Notes: generated by a model from the letters alone, not told the origin. Numbered from the stretch's first letter, positions 37,601 to 51,353 are shown. The stretch is 64,000 bases of DNA from Balanoglossus misakiensis (GCA_040954595.2 CM082577.2:19070303-19134302); one strand, 5' to 3'. Numbers and translations: made by a program.

Positions 37601-40600
37601 CTCTAGCTCTATTGGTTCGCCTGTAATTAGGTATGTGCATATTTAATGAGGTCAGCAGGTGTCACAGGTGACCCAAAAATGTGGCTTTACATTTTGGTCC
37701 CATCCTGCAAAATGCCATGGCTGTATCTGCTCTGGATGCAGAGATATGGAAAAGTAGGTCAAAGGTCACCCAAATTTGGTCCAAAAATGATGATGCCATA
37801 CTGGTCCATGTCCAACATACCAAACTTCTAGCTCTGTTGGTTAGCCTGTAATTAAGTATGTATATAATTAATCAATTAAGAAGGTGGCACATATTACCCC
37901 AAAATTTGTCTTTCCATTTTGGTCCGATCCTTCCAAATACCAAGGCTGTATCTGCTCTGGCTGCTGAGATATGGGAAGCTATGTTAAAGGTAACCTGAGG
38001 TAAGCCTAAATTTGGGCAAACAATTTTGACCCATACTAGTCCATGTCCAACAAAAAATCCAAAACTCTAGCTCTATGGCTTTGTCTGTAATTAGGTATGC
38101 ACATATTTAATGAGGTCAGCTGGTGTCACAGATGCCCCCAAATTTGGCTTTACATTTTGTTCCCATCCTGCCAAATGCCAAGGCTGTAACTGCTCTGGAT
38201 GCCAAGATATGCGAAAATAGGTCAAAGGTCACCTGAGGTCACCCAACATTAGGGCAAAAATTTCTGACCCCATACTAGTCTATGTCTAACAAAAAACAAA
38301 ACTCTAGCTATATTGGTTCGCCTGTAATTAGGTATGTGCATATTTAATGAGGTCAGCAGGTGTCACAGGTGACCCAAAAATGTGGCTTTACATTTCGGTC
38401 CCATCCTGCCAAATGCCAAGGCTGTATCTGCTCTGGATGCTGAGATATGCGAAAGTAGGTCAAAGGTCACCAGAGGTCATCCAACATTTGGGCAAAAAAT
38501 TTTGACCCTATACTGGTCCATGTCCAACAGAAACCAAACCACTAGCTCTATTGGTTCGCCTGTAATTAGCTATGTACATAATTAATGAGGTCAACAGAGG
38601 TCAAAGGGGTCATGTAAAGTAGCAAAATATTTTGATCACACACTAATCCACATGCATCAAAACCCAAACGTCTAGCCCTATAGGTTAGCCTGGAAATAGA
38701 TATGCAGAAATAATAACGTGTGAAAAGTAGGTCAAAGGTCATGTGAAAAATCGCCAAAAATTTGTAACATATTTTAGTCATATGACGATTGATATCCATG
38801 AAAAAATTTGTATGCTATCAATTTTTAGACTAGGAAAAGGAATTTCAATTTTTCACTGCTTTTTACAAAATCCAATATGGCCGCCATAATCTTCGACCAA
38901 TCACAATGCTCTTTGCAAACTGGATAGACATCAGTGTAGTGACCATACTCCCCGAATCTTGCGACTCAGTTATTGCCCGTTCTGGAGAAGAAGATTTTTG
39001 CAGTTTTACTATGGTTTTTCGAAAATCCAATATGGCCGCCATAATCTTCGACCAATCACAATGCTTCTTATCAAACTTGATAGACATCAGTTAGGTGACC
39101 AAATACCCCAAATCCCGTGACTCGGTTATCGCCGGTTCTTGAGAAGAAGATTTTTGAAGTTTTAGTTGGATTTTTCGAAAATCCAATATGGCGGCCAAAG
39201 TCACGTGACCGCTCGAGATTTTATTATCAAACTTTGTTGGGCAGAGGCCATGTGTACTATGTACCAAATTTGAACTTGATTTGCCTTGTAGTTTTTGAGA
39301 AGAAGTCATTTACATTTTTTCAGAAAATCCAATATGGCCGCCAGGTCACGTGACTAATTAAATATTCACGAGCCACTACCTGCAGTAGTTTCAGAGATTT
39401 AGTTGGCCGAAGAATTGACAGGAGAATAAAGAAAGAATTAAAGCTGCAAGCAGCATTGTCGGGCCCAAGCGCTGATCTCGAATTATATATGCACAGTATG
39501 AATGAGAAGAAACAAAATTTTCTATCTGGTGTATGATCTCATGACATAACAAGGACGTGTGTATTTTTGCTGCTGAAATAGGGTGAAGTAGGTCAAAGGT
39601 CACCTGAGGTCACCCAACATTTGGGCAAAATTTTTTGACCCATACTGGTCCATGTCCAACAAAAACCAAAACTCTAGCTCTATTGGTTCGCCTGTAATTA
39701 GGTATGTGCATATTTAATGAGGTCAGCAGGTGTCACAGGTGACCCAAAAATGTGGCTTTACATTTTGGTCCCATCCTGCAAAATGCCATGGCTGTATCTG
39801 CTCTGGATGCAGAGATATGGAAAAGTAGGTCAAAGGTCACCCAAATTTGGTCCAAAAATGATGATGCCATACTGGTCCATGTCCAACATACCAAACTTCT
39901 AGCTCTGTTGGTTAGCCTGTAATTAAGTATGTATATAATTAATCAATTAAGAAGGTGGCACATATTACCCCAAAATTTGTCTTTCCATTTTGGTCCGATC
40001 CTTCCAAATACCAAGGCTGTATCTGCTCTGGCTGCTGAGATATGGGAAGCTATGTTAAAGGTAACCTGAGGTAAGCCTAAATTTGGGCAAACAATTTTGA
40101 CCCATACTAGTCCATGTCCAACAAAAAATCCAAAACTCTAGCTCTATGGCTTTGTCTGTAATTAGGTATGCACATATTTAATGAGGTCAGCTGGTGTCAC
40201 AGATGCCCCCAAATTTGGCTTTACATTTTGTTCCCATCCTGCCAAATGCCAAGGCTGTAACTGCTCTGGATGCCAAGATATGCGAAAATAGGTCAAAGGT
40301 CACCTGAGGTCACCCAACATTAGGGCAAAAATTTCTGACCCCATACTAGTCTATGTCTAACAAAAAACAAAACTCTAGCTATATTGGTTCGCCTGTAATT
40401 AGGTATGTGCATATTTAATGAGGTCAGCAGGTGTCACAGGTGACCCAAAAATGTGGCTTTACATTTCGGTCCCATCCTGCCAAATGCCAAGGCTGTATCT
40501 GCTCTGGATGCTGAGATATGCGAAAGTAGGTCAAAGGTCACCAGAGGTCATCCAACATTTGGGCAAAAAATTTTGACCCTATACTGGTCCATGTCCAACA

Positions 40601-41726
40601 GAAACCAAACCACTAGCTCTATTGGTTCGCCTGTAATTAGCTATGTACATAATTAATGAGGTCAACAGAGGTCAAAGGGGTCATGTAAAGTAGCAAAATA
40701 TTTTGATCACACACTAATCCACATGCATCAAAACCCAAACGTCTAGCCCTATAGGTTAGCCTGGAAATAGATATGCAGAAATAATAACGTGTGAAAAGTA
40801 GGTCAAAGGTCATGTGAAAAATCGCCAAAAATTTGTAACATATTTTAGTCATATGACGATTGATATCCATGAAAAGAATTTGTATGCTATCAATTTTTAG
40901 ACTAGGAAAAGGAATTTCAATTTTTCACTGCTTTTTACAAAATCCAATATGGCCGCCATAATCTTCGACCAATCACAATGCTCTTTGCAAACTTGATAGA
41001 CATCAGTGTAGTGACCATACTCCCCGAATCTTGCGACTCAGTTATCGCCCGTTCTGGAGAAGAAGATTTTTTGGAGTTCTACTATGGTTTTTCGAAAATC
41101 CAATATGGCCGCCATAATCTTCGACCAATCACAATGCTTCATATCAAACTTGATAGACATCTGTTAGGTGACCACATACCCCAAACCCCGTGACTCGGTT
41201 ATCACCGGTTCTGGAGAAGAAGATTTTTGAAATTTAAGCCAGATTTCAGAAAAAAAATTGTAGCAAAAAAACTGCAACATTTACAGCAAAATATCCAATT
41301 ACAAAAATGATGGGCAGAAGGTAGTCTACCTGCATGCCAAATTTGAAGTCGATCTGACTTGTAGTTTCTGAGATCTGAGATTTGCATTTTTTCAGAAAAT
41401 CCAATATGGCCGCCAGGTCACGTGACTAATTAAAAATTCAAGAGTTCAATGCACGACTACCCATTGACCTTGACCACTGTAGCAAGTTTGAGAAGTGTAC
41501 CTGCAGCGGTGTCTGAGATCTAGAGCGACAAAGAAATGACACAAGAATAAAGAAAGAAAGAAAGAAAGAAAGACAGAAAAACCCCAACGAAACCAATAGG
41601 GCCCAAGCGCTTGCGCGCCCTTGGGCCCTAAAGAAAGAAAAACCCCAACGAAACCAATAGGGCCCAAGCGCTTGCGTGCGCTTGGGCCCTAAAAAACCCC
41701 AACGAAACCAATAGGGCCCAAGCGCT
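31693..41726 (-). mobile_element. Stack of six non-autonomous Helentron/Helitron2-type elements (1.4-2.1 kb each)
   Basis: End motif TAAAGCTGC[A/G]AGCAGCATTGTCGGGCCCAAGCGCT at ~31693 (clipped), 33101, 34576, 35997, 37366 and 39437. The other end is an (AAAG)n tract plus the palindrome TAGGGCCCAAGCG...CGCTTGGGCCCTA (34539-34572, 41597-41630, 41658-41691). Internal subrepeats are present. Confidence 0.75.
36740..40880. repeat. Recent 2071-bp tandem duplication inside the Helentron stack
   Basis: Identical or near-identical ORFs 2071 bp apart (37020/39091, 37646/39717, 38382/40453). Boundaries approximate. Confidence 0.85.
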
Positions 41727-43148
41727 GGTGTTTGTTATTCCCCGGAGTTTGGGGAGAAGAACGACGCCTCAAAGATGTGATGGGGAGGAGTGTAGTGGAT
41801 CTGCAAGGTCACCCTCATTCAGGTCATCACCATGGCGACATCGCTGCCCCGACAGTCCTCGAGGCGGAAATCGTGGGAGTCTACGCCTGGCTGCGGATGG
41901 ACCAACAGCGTGGTTTTGGGGCTGTGCAGAGCATGTAGACGTAGTCAAGTTAGAGCCCCTGGTAATAGGTCAGTTAGGACGGCTAAATCACAACAAAACT
42001 AAGTTTCACAGGAAACATTTGTTCATTTTGCAATAACACAAATTTGAAAATATCACAATAATTGTACAATATCTTACTTTAATCACCACAAGGAACATGA
42101 AAAACCCCGACTCATAGGTAAACAGAACCAATGTTAAACACAAATATGCAAATATCACAATACATGTAATTGTACAATATCTTACTTCGATCACCACGAG
42201 GAACATGTCAAACCCCAACTCAAACCTCTCTAGGTTCTCTTAAAATTACAACGGAACCAATAGCGCCAGATATGCAAAATTAGATAAAAGTTCACCCAAG
42301 GTCTGAGCAGAGGTCAATTGTTAGTCCCATAGTGTTTCTCATGGAACCAAAACCAAACTTCAAGCCCTATTGGTTAGCATACTATAAGATATATGCAGTA
42401 AAATAGTGCGTCAAAAGTAGGTCAAAGGTCGTTACCAAAATTGCCAAAAATATTTAAAGGAAATCCTGGCTGTGATTAATCCATGTGCACAAAAATGGCG
42501 ACTCTGGTGCTTTTACAACAGCTAGTATTAAACATATGCATATATGTTTAGTTTCTCACAAACTAGGTCAAAGGTCATCCTAAAATTGCCAAAAAAATTG
42601 TAGCAAATCTAAGTCATATGATGACCAATATCCATGAAAAGAATTTCTGTGTTATCAATATTAAGGCTAAGAATAGATTGCAGTAAATAAAACAATACAA
42701 CATGGTTGCCATATTTTATCAACAACTTCAAACAAGCCATGCATGCAAGTTTCAGCTGAAACAGCGATTTGCTTATGGAGATGATTTTTCATGTTTTCCA
42801 TCCATTTTTGGAAAATCCAATATGGCCAACATATGGATCGCCCAAATAAAAATTCTGAGTAATTTTTGTAAATCTCAGTTAGGTGAACACCAGGCCAAAC
42901 GAAAAAATATGCGTTGTTCCGATAACCCGACCTACCCTAATCTGCCGACCCTAACAGTAACCTTCAAAGCCACTGAAAAATTGGTTTAGGAGAAGATTTG
43001 CTAACAAACAACAAAGAAACTTACACTCGACCAAACTTGCTAAATATTGAACATTTATGATATCACAATTTAATAAAAGTTGCACATACGTGATACATGT
43101 ATGAACTTGTATCCCACGTTCCAAAGCAATCAGAGAAAACTAGGAATA

Positions 43149-44226
43149 ATAGAATCTCACACTCCCAAGGACCTGGGATCGTATTTCTCACACGAGTTGG
43201 GGATTTTTTGTCCCACACGAGCCGCAGGCGAGTGTGGGACAAAAAATCCCCGACAAGTGTGAGAAATATCATCCCAGGTCCTTGGTGTGTGAGATTCTTT
43301 TTCTCACACGACCAGAAATTTGCGATATTAACGTTTATTTACATAAAAGAACTAAATCTATAAAATACCAACTGATAACTGCATGACCAGTCATATATTG
43401 ATCTGCCCCGCAAAACATAGTCCCCATTTCATCACGACTTTACAGTACAGGCATGCCATAAAAATGTGCTCAACACATTAAAATATGGAGATTGTTTCCA
43501 GTGGCATAAATTCGCCCGATATCTAGAAAATACAACCGTTTTTTAGTCTGTCGCCAACCACGTACACCACTGTCGTCTGCACATGACCTGATCACATTGT
43601 AGTTCCGGTTTGTGTACAACACATCGCACAGTTGGATAATATTTGCTCCTTCTGAGGGGTATGGATATCATTATCCAATCAAAGCTCGTGTCAGATAACA
43701 GTTGTCTGTGTTCGCATTAAACCCCGGTGCGGGGTATAAAAGACCCCCCAAATCAGTGGCGAATCTTAATGCCGTTTGACTGACAACAGACAACACCAAC
43801 GATCTTGGCTCTATGAAAATCGGCCCAAACAGGTCCAAGCATAAAGAATTACACCACACAACGACAGTAGTTGGCTTTATAAACACACACAACATAAAGT
43901 TATCGACGAAAAAGTACACGAGCTTATGAAACAACGATGATTTTGGGAGAAATCTGGTTTCAGTGCTTTTCAGAAGCGTCCCTGGGAAACAATAACCACG
44001 CCATTCAAACAGTTGTCAATCGCGTGGAAGTGTGAAGTGTTCAATTATTTTCTGTGTACATGAGAGCAATAACAAAGTCATTATGCACGACGACCACTCC
44101 CAAATAAACAACTATACAAACACACGTTAATCCGAACCCCAGGACTTTCCGCACCGGGGTTTAACACGGAGTGTGGGATCCCACACTTTCTATCCCACAC
44201 TCCCAGCGGCCAGGAGTGTGAGAATA
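43149..44226 (+). mobile_element. 1078-bp hairpin-type non-autonomous element
   Basis: Empty site ACTAGGAATATTCCTTCC is seen at ~47429. GAATA is directly repeated at 43144-43148 and 44222-44226. Hairpin 43151-43298; second inverted pair TTCTCACAC (43301) / GTGTGAGAA (44216). Confidence 0.85.
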
Positions 44227-45570
44227 TTCCTTCCAAATTGCAAAGCAATCCAACGAGCAGTTTCACAGAAAACATTTGTTCAAAATGTGGCACAAACACA
44301 AATATGCAAATATCACAACAATTGTACAATGTGTTGTTACTTTAATCACCACGAGGAACATGAAAACCCCCAACCCAAACCTCTCTAGGCTCTCTTAAAA
44401 ATTCCAACAGAACCAATAGGGGCCTAAGCAACATTAGATGAAAGGTCACCCAAGGTCACAAAAATGTCAAAAACATTTTGATCTGAAACTGATCAATGCT
44501 GAACAAAAACCAAACTTCTAGTTACCTTGAATTTAATGAGGTCTGAGCAGAGGTCAAGTGGTCCTGAAATTAACCTTCAAATGTTAGTCCCATAGTGTTT
44601 GTCATGCAACCAAAACCAAACTTCTAGCCCTATTGGTTAGCATAAAAAAAGATATGCAGTAAAATAATGCGTCAAAAGTAGGTCAAAGGTCACTGCCAAA
44701 ATTGCCAAAAATATTTGGAGGAAATCCTGGCTGTGATTTTACCCATCCATGTGCACAAAAATGGCGACTCTGTGCTTTAACAACAGCTAGCATTAAACAT
44801 ACGCATATATAATTAGCTTCTACCAAACAAGGTCAAAGGTCTTCCTAAAATTGCCCCAAAAATTGTAGCAAATTTAAGTCATATGATGACCAATATCCAT
44901 GAAAAGAATTTCAGTGTTTAGGCTAAGAATAGATTGCAGTAAATTAAACAATACAACATAGCGGCCATATTTTATCAACAGCTTCAAACATTAAGCCATG
45001 CCATGCAAGTTTCAGCTGAAACAGCGATTTGCTTATGGATTGGAGGAGATGATTTTGAATGTTTTCCATCCATTTTTGGAAAATCCAATATGGCCAACAT
45101 ACGGATCGACCAAATAAAATTTCTGAGTAATTTTTGTAAATCTCAGTTAGGTGAATACCAGGCCAAACGAAAAAATATGCGTTGTTCCGATAACCCGACC
45201 TACCCTAATCTGCCGACCCTAACGGTAACCTTCAAAGCCACTGAAAAATTGGTTTAGGAGAAGATTTGCTAACAAACAACAAAGAAACTTACACTCGACC
45301 AAACTTGCTAAATATTGAACATTTATGATATCGCAATTTAATACAAGTGACCTATCGGTCAAAAGAGCTCTGCTGACTTTAACAGTGAAACCTATAGCTG
45401 GGCAATGATATGAATACCCTAGGTTTTAATCATAACAATGGTAGTCTATTAAACAAAACCAAACATAGACATCACAAGTATTTAATATCCACATTCAGCT
45501 TGATTCATTGCGCTAAAGAAAGAAAGAATTTATTCCTAAAGAACAACATCAAAAAGAAGCACCAAGGTTC

Positions 45571-46628
45571 TAATTTGCATATTCATGACCCCATCAAAAT
45601 TCCAATTAAAAAAATGAGGTAGGGGCACCATAACACACATTCCTACCAAATTTCAGCTCCATCGTACATGAATTTAGGGAGAAGATTTTTTACCAAAAAT
45701 TCTATTTTTAGATCTAATTTGCATATTTATGACCCCATCATATCCAAATTAACAAAATCAGGTAGGGGCACCATAAGACACATTCTTACCAAATTTCAGC
45801 TCCATCGTACATGTAGTTAGGGAGAAGAAGATTTTTTACCAAAAAATCTATTTTTAGATCTAATTTGCATATTCATGACCCCATCAAACCCAAATTTACA
45901 AAATCAGGTAGGGACACCATAACACATATTCCTACCAAATTTCAGCTCCATCGTACATGAATTTAGGGAGAAGATTTTTTACCAAAAATTCTATTTTTAG
46001 ATCTAATTTGCATATTTATGACCCCATCATATCCAAATTAACAAAATCAGGTAGGGGCACCATAAGACACATTCTTACCAAATTTCAGCTCCATCGTACA
46101 TGTAGTTAGGGAGAAGAAAATTTTTTACCAAAAAATCTATTTTTAGATCTAATTTGCATATTCATGACCCGATCTTATCCAAATTAACAAAATCAGGTAG
46201 GGACACCATAACACATATTCCTACCAAATTTCAGCTCAATCGTACATGTAGTTAGGGAGAAGAAAATTGTTGACCAAAAATTATATTTTTCGATCTAATT
46301 TGCATATTTATGACCCCATCAAATCCAAATTTACAAAATCAGGTAGGGGCACCATAACACATATTCCTATCAAATTTCAGCTCCATTGTACATGTAGTTA
46401 TGGAGAAGAAGATTTTTGACCAAAAAATCTATTTTTAGATCTAATTTGCATATTCATGACCCCATCAAACCCAAATTTACAAAATCAGGTAGGGGCACCA
46501 TAACACACATTCCTACCAAATTTCAGCTCCATTGCACATGTAGTTGTGGAGAAGAAGATTTTTACCAAAACTTCTATTTCTAGATCTTATTTGCATATTC
46601 ATGACTCTATCCAAATTAACAAAATCAG
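45571..46628. repeat. 143-146-bp tandem repeat, about 8 monomers, inside the HINE
   Basis: TAATTTGCATATT at 45571, 45715, 45861, 46004, 46150, 46296, 46442 and ~46587. Confidence 0.95.
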
Positions 46629-46632
46629 TTAA

Positions 46633-47208
46633 AGCCTCAGTATTTCTCGTAGGGGCAAAATTTTGTTTGAAAGGGCATCTATAATTTCTAAAAGTAGATG
46701 ATAATTGATACTGAATCGAACAGTCATCATCCCCAGCTCTGCTCATAAACTCATACAATTTACAATATAACGAGTGAAGAATGACTTTCTGTCCGGACAG
46801 AAAGTCAGGCTCTGTTGACATGCGCACTCAAATGTGAATCTATGCGGAAGAGGTTTGGTCGCCCCAAATCAAGCGACTCAGCGAAGAAATGCGCACTAAT
46901 TCGGCGAAATTTTGGGAAGATAACTTTATGGGAGAAATCGGTCGATGGAACCAGATCAAATCCGAAAATGGTCTGACCATCAAATGTCAAAGTGGCACGT
47001 TTGCTGATCGACATGTACAACATTTCCGTTATAAACAAACCCGCGCATCATTTCAAGTGTTACGGGCAATATTTACAGCTTGCACGTAGCTACAGTTGCC
47101 CAAACCTTTCTTCTATCTTCATTATGTAGTATTCCATGATGAATGTACAGGAAAAACAGGGAATTTTTCGATGATGAAAAATGGATACACACGAGAAATA
47201 CTGGGGCT
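46633..47208. mobile_element. 576-bp TTAA-specific MITE, Kolobok-type termini (AG...CT)
   Basis: TTAA at 46629-46632 and 47209-47212. TIR AGCC[T/C]CAGTATTTCTCGT. The interrupted monomer resumes at GGGCACCATAAC. Confidence 0.85.
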
Positions 47209-47668
47209 TTAAGGGCACCATAACACACATTCCAACCAAATTTCAGCTAAATATGCAATGTTGTTTTAAAGAAGAAGATTGAAATACCAAAAGTTGACGG
47301 ACGACGGACGCACACTTATCAACCTACTGCTACAGCTCGGCTGACACAAGTGACAGCAGAGCTAAAAAGTAGCACATACATCATACATGTATGAACTTGT
47401 ATCCCATGTTCCAAAGCAATCAGAGAAAACTAGGAATATTCCTTCCAAATTTCAAAGCAATCCAACGAGCACTTTCACAGAAAACATTTGTTCAAATGTG
47501 GCAAAAACACAAATTTGAAAATATCACAATAATTGTACAATATCTTACTTTAATCATGAAAACATGAAAAACCCAGACCCATAGGGTCCCAAACCTCTCT
47601 TGGCTCTCTAAAAATTCCAACGGAACCAATGTTAAACACAAATATGTAAATATCACAGTAATTGTATA

Positions 47669-48016
47669 ATTAAGCAATAACCCCTGCCGCAGGCGGGTAT
47701 ACACGAGATTTGGGTACAATTCGAGACATATAGCACGAGCCATCAGGCGAGTGCTATATGGAGCGAATTGTACCCAAATAGAGTGTATACCCGACTGAGG
47801 CGGGGGTTATTGCTATTATATTATATCAACAATTGTTTTTGTGGCATATCAGTGTCATTTTCTTATCGAAACGGCGTCAGAAAGAGAAATTACGATCGTG
47901 AACCAAAATGGCGACGATGAATGTAAACACGAGCGGCCGGGATCGAGCATTAAACATGAAGCAGACGACAAAAAGTGACAAGACGGGCATCGCGCGTGGC
48001 AAAGCGACTAATATAA
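47669..48016 (+). mobile_element. Hairpin-type non-autonomous element related to 12995-13308
   Basis: Starts TTAAGCAATAA, hairpin 47673-47814, followed by ATTATATTAT, ends TAATATAA. Same architecture with different stem sequence. Confidence 0.75.
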
Positions 48017-48658
48017 CCTCTCTAGGCTCTCTTAAAAATTCCAACAGAACCAATCAGGGGCCTAAGCGCCAGATATGCAACATTAGATGAAAGGTCACCC
48101 AAGGTCACAACAAATTTCAAAAACATTTTGATCTGAAACTGATCAATGCTGAACAAAAACCAAACTTCCAGTTAACCTTGAATTTAATGAGGTCCAGTTA
48201 AATCCTCTATCAAGTGCAATACGTTGTTTTTGAAGTGAGCGGGCATCATTTGTTGGAACTGATGCCCAGCGGGCAACAGTTCCGACAACTGATGACTGAT
48301 CACGTTGTTTTATATGGATCAGCACAAAAAGAACTCGTACCACGTGACTATCGATTGACAATGAGAACACAGACTGTGGGTGCACGTGAGGTGTGTTACA
48401 AACTGGGCTGAAGTTGATGGCATGTTATTTTTTGTACTTTGTCGTCTCAAATGACATCACTGAGGAAGTTCGGGCGGGTTTTTTTTGGAAAAAAATACCC
48501 TAATATACATATCCCGTTCTTGCAGTGAATTTTTACAGAAAAATCAACAGCCTGCAACCCGGCCAACAGCGCATCCGACGACTCTCATCGGAGCACATCG
48601 CTATGGGTTAATTTTGTGGAAGCGAATGGTTCGCATATCGACATTGAACCATATAATT

Positions 48659-49345
48659 AATTAAAGCTGCAAGCAGCATTGAAGGGGCCCAAGCATAGAG
48701 TTTATAACCATTAGACTCCATTCAGGGTTGTACCATTCAAATGCGTAGGGTGTATTTGCTCTCAATGTTGAGATATGGGGAAGTAGGCAACCACCCGAAA
48801 TGGATGTCCTACAAGTACAAACACAACAACCAAAAGTGAACTTCTATGTTATGTAAGTACTTCAGTAAGTACTTCAAAGGTCAGCTGAGGGTACCCAAAA
48901 ATTGGGCCAAAAATTTGGATTCCAATTTGGTTCATATTCAAGACAACAGAAAATCCTCGCCCTTTGGGTTTGTCAAATTAGGTATGGCCATAATAATGAG
49001 TTACGCAAGTAAGTTACAGGTGGCCCCAGGAATTTAGCATTTCATGACGGTCCTACCCTACCCCTCCAAACACCTGGCTATATATACTGTGCATGCTAAC
49101 ATATGGAAAGCAGGTCAATGGACACCTGAGGTCACCCAAAAATTTGACAACAATTTTTCATTCCTGTTTATGTCATGTGCAACAAATCCTACATTTGCAG
49201 CCCTTTCACTTTGCCTACCATTAGGTATGCACGTAATACATGAATCAAGCAGGTGTCACAGGTATCCCCCTGTATTTGGCATTTCATGATAGTTTCATCC
49301 CTCCAAATACCAAAGCTGCACCTGTACAACATGCTGAGATATGGC
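48659..49345 (-). mobile_element. Older, diverged Helentron-type fragment
   Basis: TTAAAGCTGCAAGCAGCATTGAAGGGGCCCAAGCA end motif, followed by decayed subrepeats (GGTCACCCAA, GCAGGTGTCACAGGT, CCAAATACCAAAGCTG). Right boundary approximate. Confidence 0.6.
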
Positions 49346-51353
49346 ACTGTACGACAGAGGTTAGACTCTCTCACAGCCCATGGTTCGCTACAGCAAGGCT
49401 CTTCACTGACGTGCCCTCAACTGTTTGGCAAGGGAGAAGCACCGTTTGGTGTTGTGTAGGGAACCTTAGGGCTGTTAACACTTATTTTTTGGAATATATT
49501 TTCGATTTTTCTGATTGGCTAAGCGTCTGAGCACATTGGGCAAGATTCCTGCCCGATGTGATAGAAGGGGTTTCCTGAGTACCGAGATTGACAGATCTGC
49601 TCTAGTGATTATGGGTAAACATGATACCAGCTGTATACTAATTAAAATCCCCTTGGGACAAACAACAAGTCTCCTTATTATCCAAACAACGTAACTTTCT
49701 TACCAGATAAAAGGCAGTGGTGGGTTTACACTAGATAAAGACAACTATGTAAATTTTATTCATGAAATGTAAAAGAATTAAACAACATTGTGAGGTTTAG
49801 TCTACTCTACCATGGCCATGTAGACAGGATGAACCCCAATGAAATCAACAGATTTCACTGTACGGTACAAAGTGCCACCAGGTTATGTCCAAACTTAATC
49901 ACACGCAGCAGATTTATATGGCAAAATTAGACAGGTTATGCCAAACTTGGTCTCTTAAACTGCCAATTTTACATTGATTTTTTTGCAAAATCGACAGTCT
50001 CGTGAATCTGCTGTAAGCTAAACATTGTGGAGAGAAAGAGATTGTTTGCAAGTGTTTACAGCAGTAGATTGCATTGTTGCGTAATGTAAGTGAAACTAGT
50101 ATCTGGTTAACCATGGGGAGTCTGCGATCATAGACATTAGAAATGCTTTGGATCTTGTAAACAGAAAGCAGTCTGAAAGGAGGGTATCAAATTTAAATAT
50201 GTTAATGAGATTTCCTTTCAAAATGTCACGTGATATTTTCACTGCACAGTGACTGTTGGGCCGTTTTCAGCGATTTTTCTCCCAGCCGATAAAGAGACTT
50301 TCAGATATCGGAGAAGAAAGGAACCCAACAAATGGTTTTTAATCATAGGTATGTGTACGCGTATGTTTTTATAGACGGATTTTCGGCGATTTACTATGCC
50401 TGGCGTGCAGAAAACGAATTCTGCACGACCGCGATCGAGTATATTTCTATAGGGGAGGTTTGTCTTAACCGCCATCTTGGAAACAAGGTGCATTGTGGGA
50501 TAGAACTGGGGGGTGTTTTGGAGGGTTCTTACGTAACGAACTATAGTCTCATTTGATTTTCTCAAATTGATGGCGATTTTCAGTGAAATATATACCTAAA
50601 TATTCGTTCTATGTGATTTTTTTCCTGGTTCAAGCTTTAATTATGACTAGCGAACACAGCAAAGTGAGCCGAAAATTGACATCGAAATTCAAGATGGCAG
50701 CCGCTGCGGTCGCCACTTCTTGTATAGAGCGAGGCCGGTCTTTATCGGTATATTTTGAGCATACGCAGTTGTTGAGAAAAAATAATATAGTAGAACATCC
50801 AAAGAAGAAAACATTGATTTCTTGGGGCTTTTGTTTGATATATTTCAACCGCACAAGACTTGAAATCTATCAAAGTAGCGATATGAAAACATGCATAACA
50901 TCACATAGCTTCAAGTGTTTCCATACCTGCATTGGATCCCGTGCATTCATGCCATTGAAAGCAAACTTTGTTTAATGTGCCCTTTTCCTTATTTCAGATA
51001 AATAGCCACCAAAGACACAAACGTTTCTGAAGATTTCCAGCTTGTCGTGTTTTGTGGCGTGCAGTTTCTGGACTGATACAACTGGTTGACTGTAGAAATC
51101 GAGTTGCAATTGAATTTTTACTGCAAGTATTTTACTTTTAGCCTGTCATTTTATCAAATTTCATTTGTACTATTGTATCTCTTTGACTGGCATTCAAGCC
51201 ATCTTGTTTGCTTGGTGGACTGTATTTTTCATTCAAGAAGCCATTAAATTAAGGGAAAGCTGTTAAACAGTAATATTCTGTATTAGTTTTTTTTCCCTTT
51301 TGTTTTAGTGCAAACATCTTCAAAGAGCTACCTTGACTACCCAGTGACATTAA

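Larger units (their letters stand above)
45344..47365 (-). mobile_element. HINE/DINE-1-like non-autonomous Helentron with internal satellite
   Basis: Minus strand: TTTTTAGCTCTGCTG subterminal repeat with adjacent inverted partner, GTCC/CGTC microsatellite (~47296-47310), tandem array, 3' CAGCAGAGCT plus hairpin TGACCGATAGGTCA. Inserted in an A/T run without a TSD (empty site TTTAATAAAAGTTGCAC at ~43069). Confidence 0.85.
42003..48198 (-). repeat. Diverged reverse-orientation copies of the ~1-kb satellite, interrupted by insertions
   Basis: Reverse-complement matches to the 1-22 kb unit, e.g. TTTCCATCCATTTTTGGAAAATCCAATATGGCC at ~42796 and ~45064 and CCTTCAAAGCCACTGAA at 42961. Confidence 0.85.

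Noticed and set aside
49350-51300. Unique stretch with CpG-richer part, YY1-like AAGATGGC motifs and ORFs of 66-130 aa
   Set aside because: No recognisable protein, TIR pair or TSD; a promoter call cannot be supported from motifs alone.
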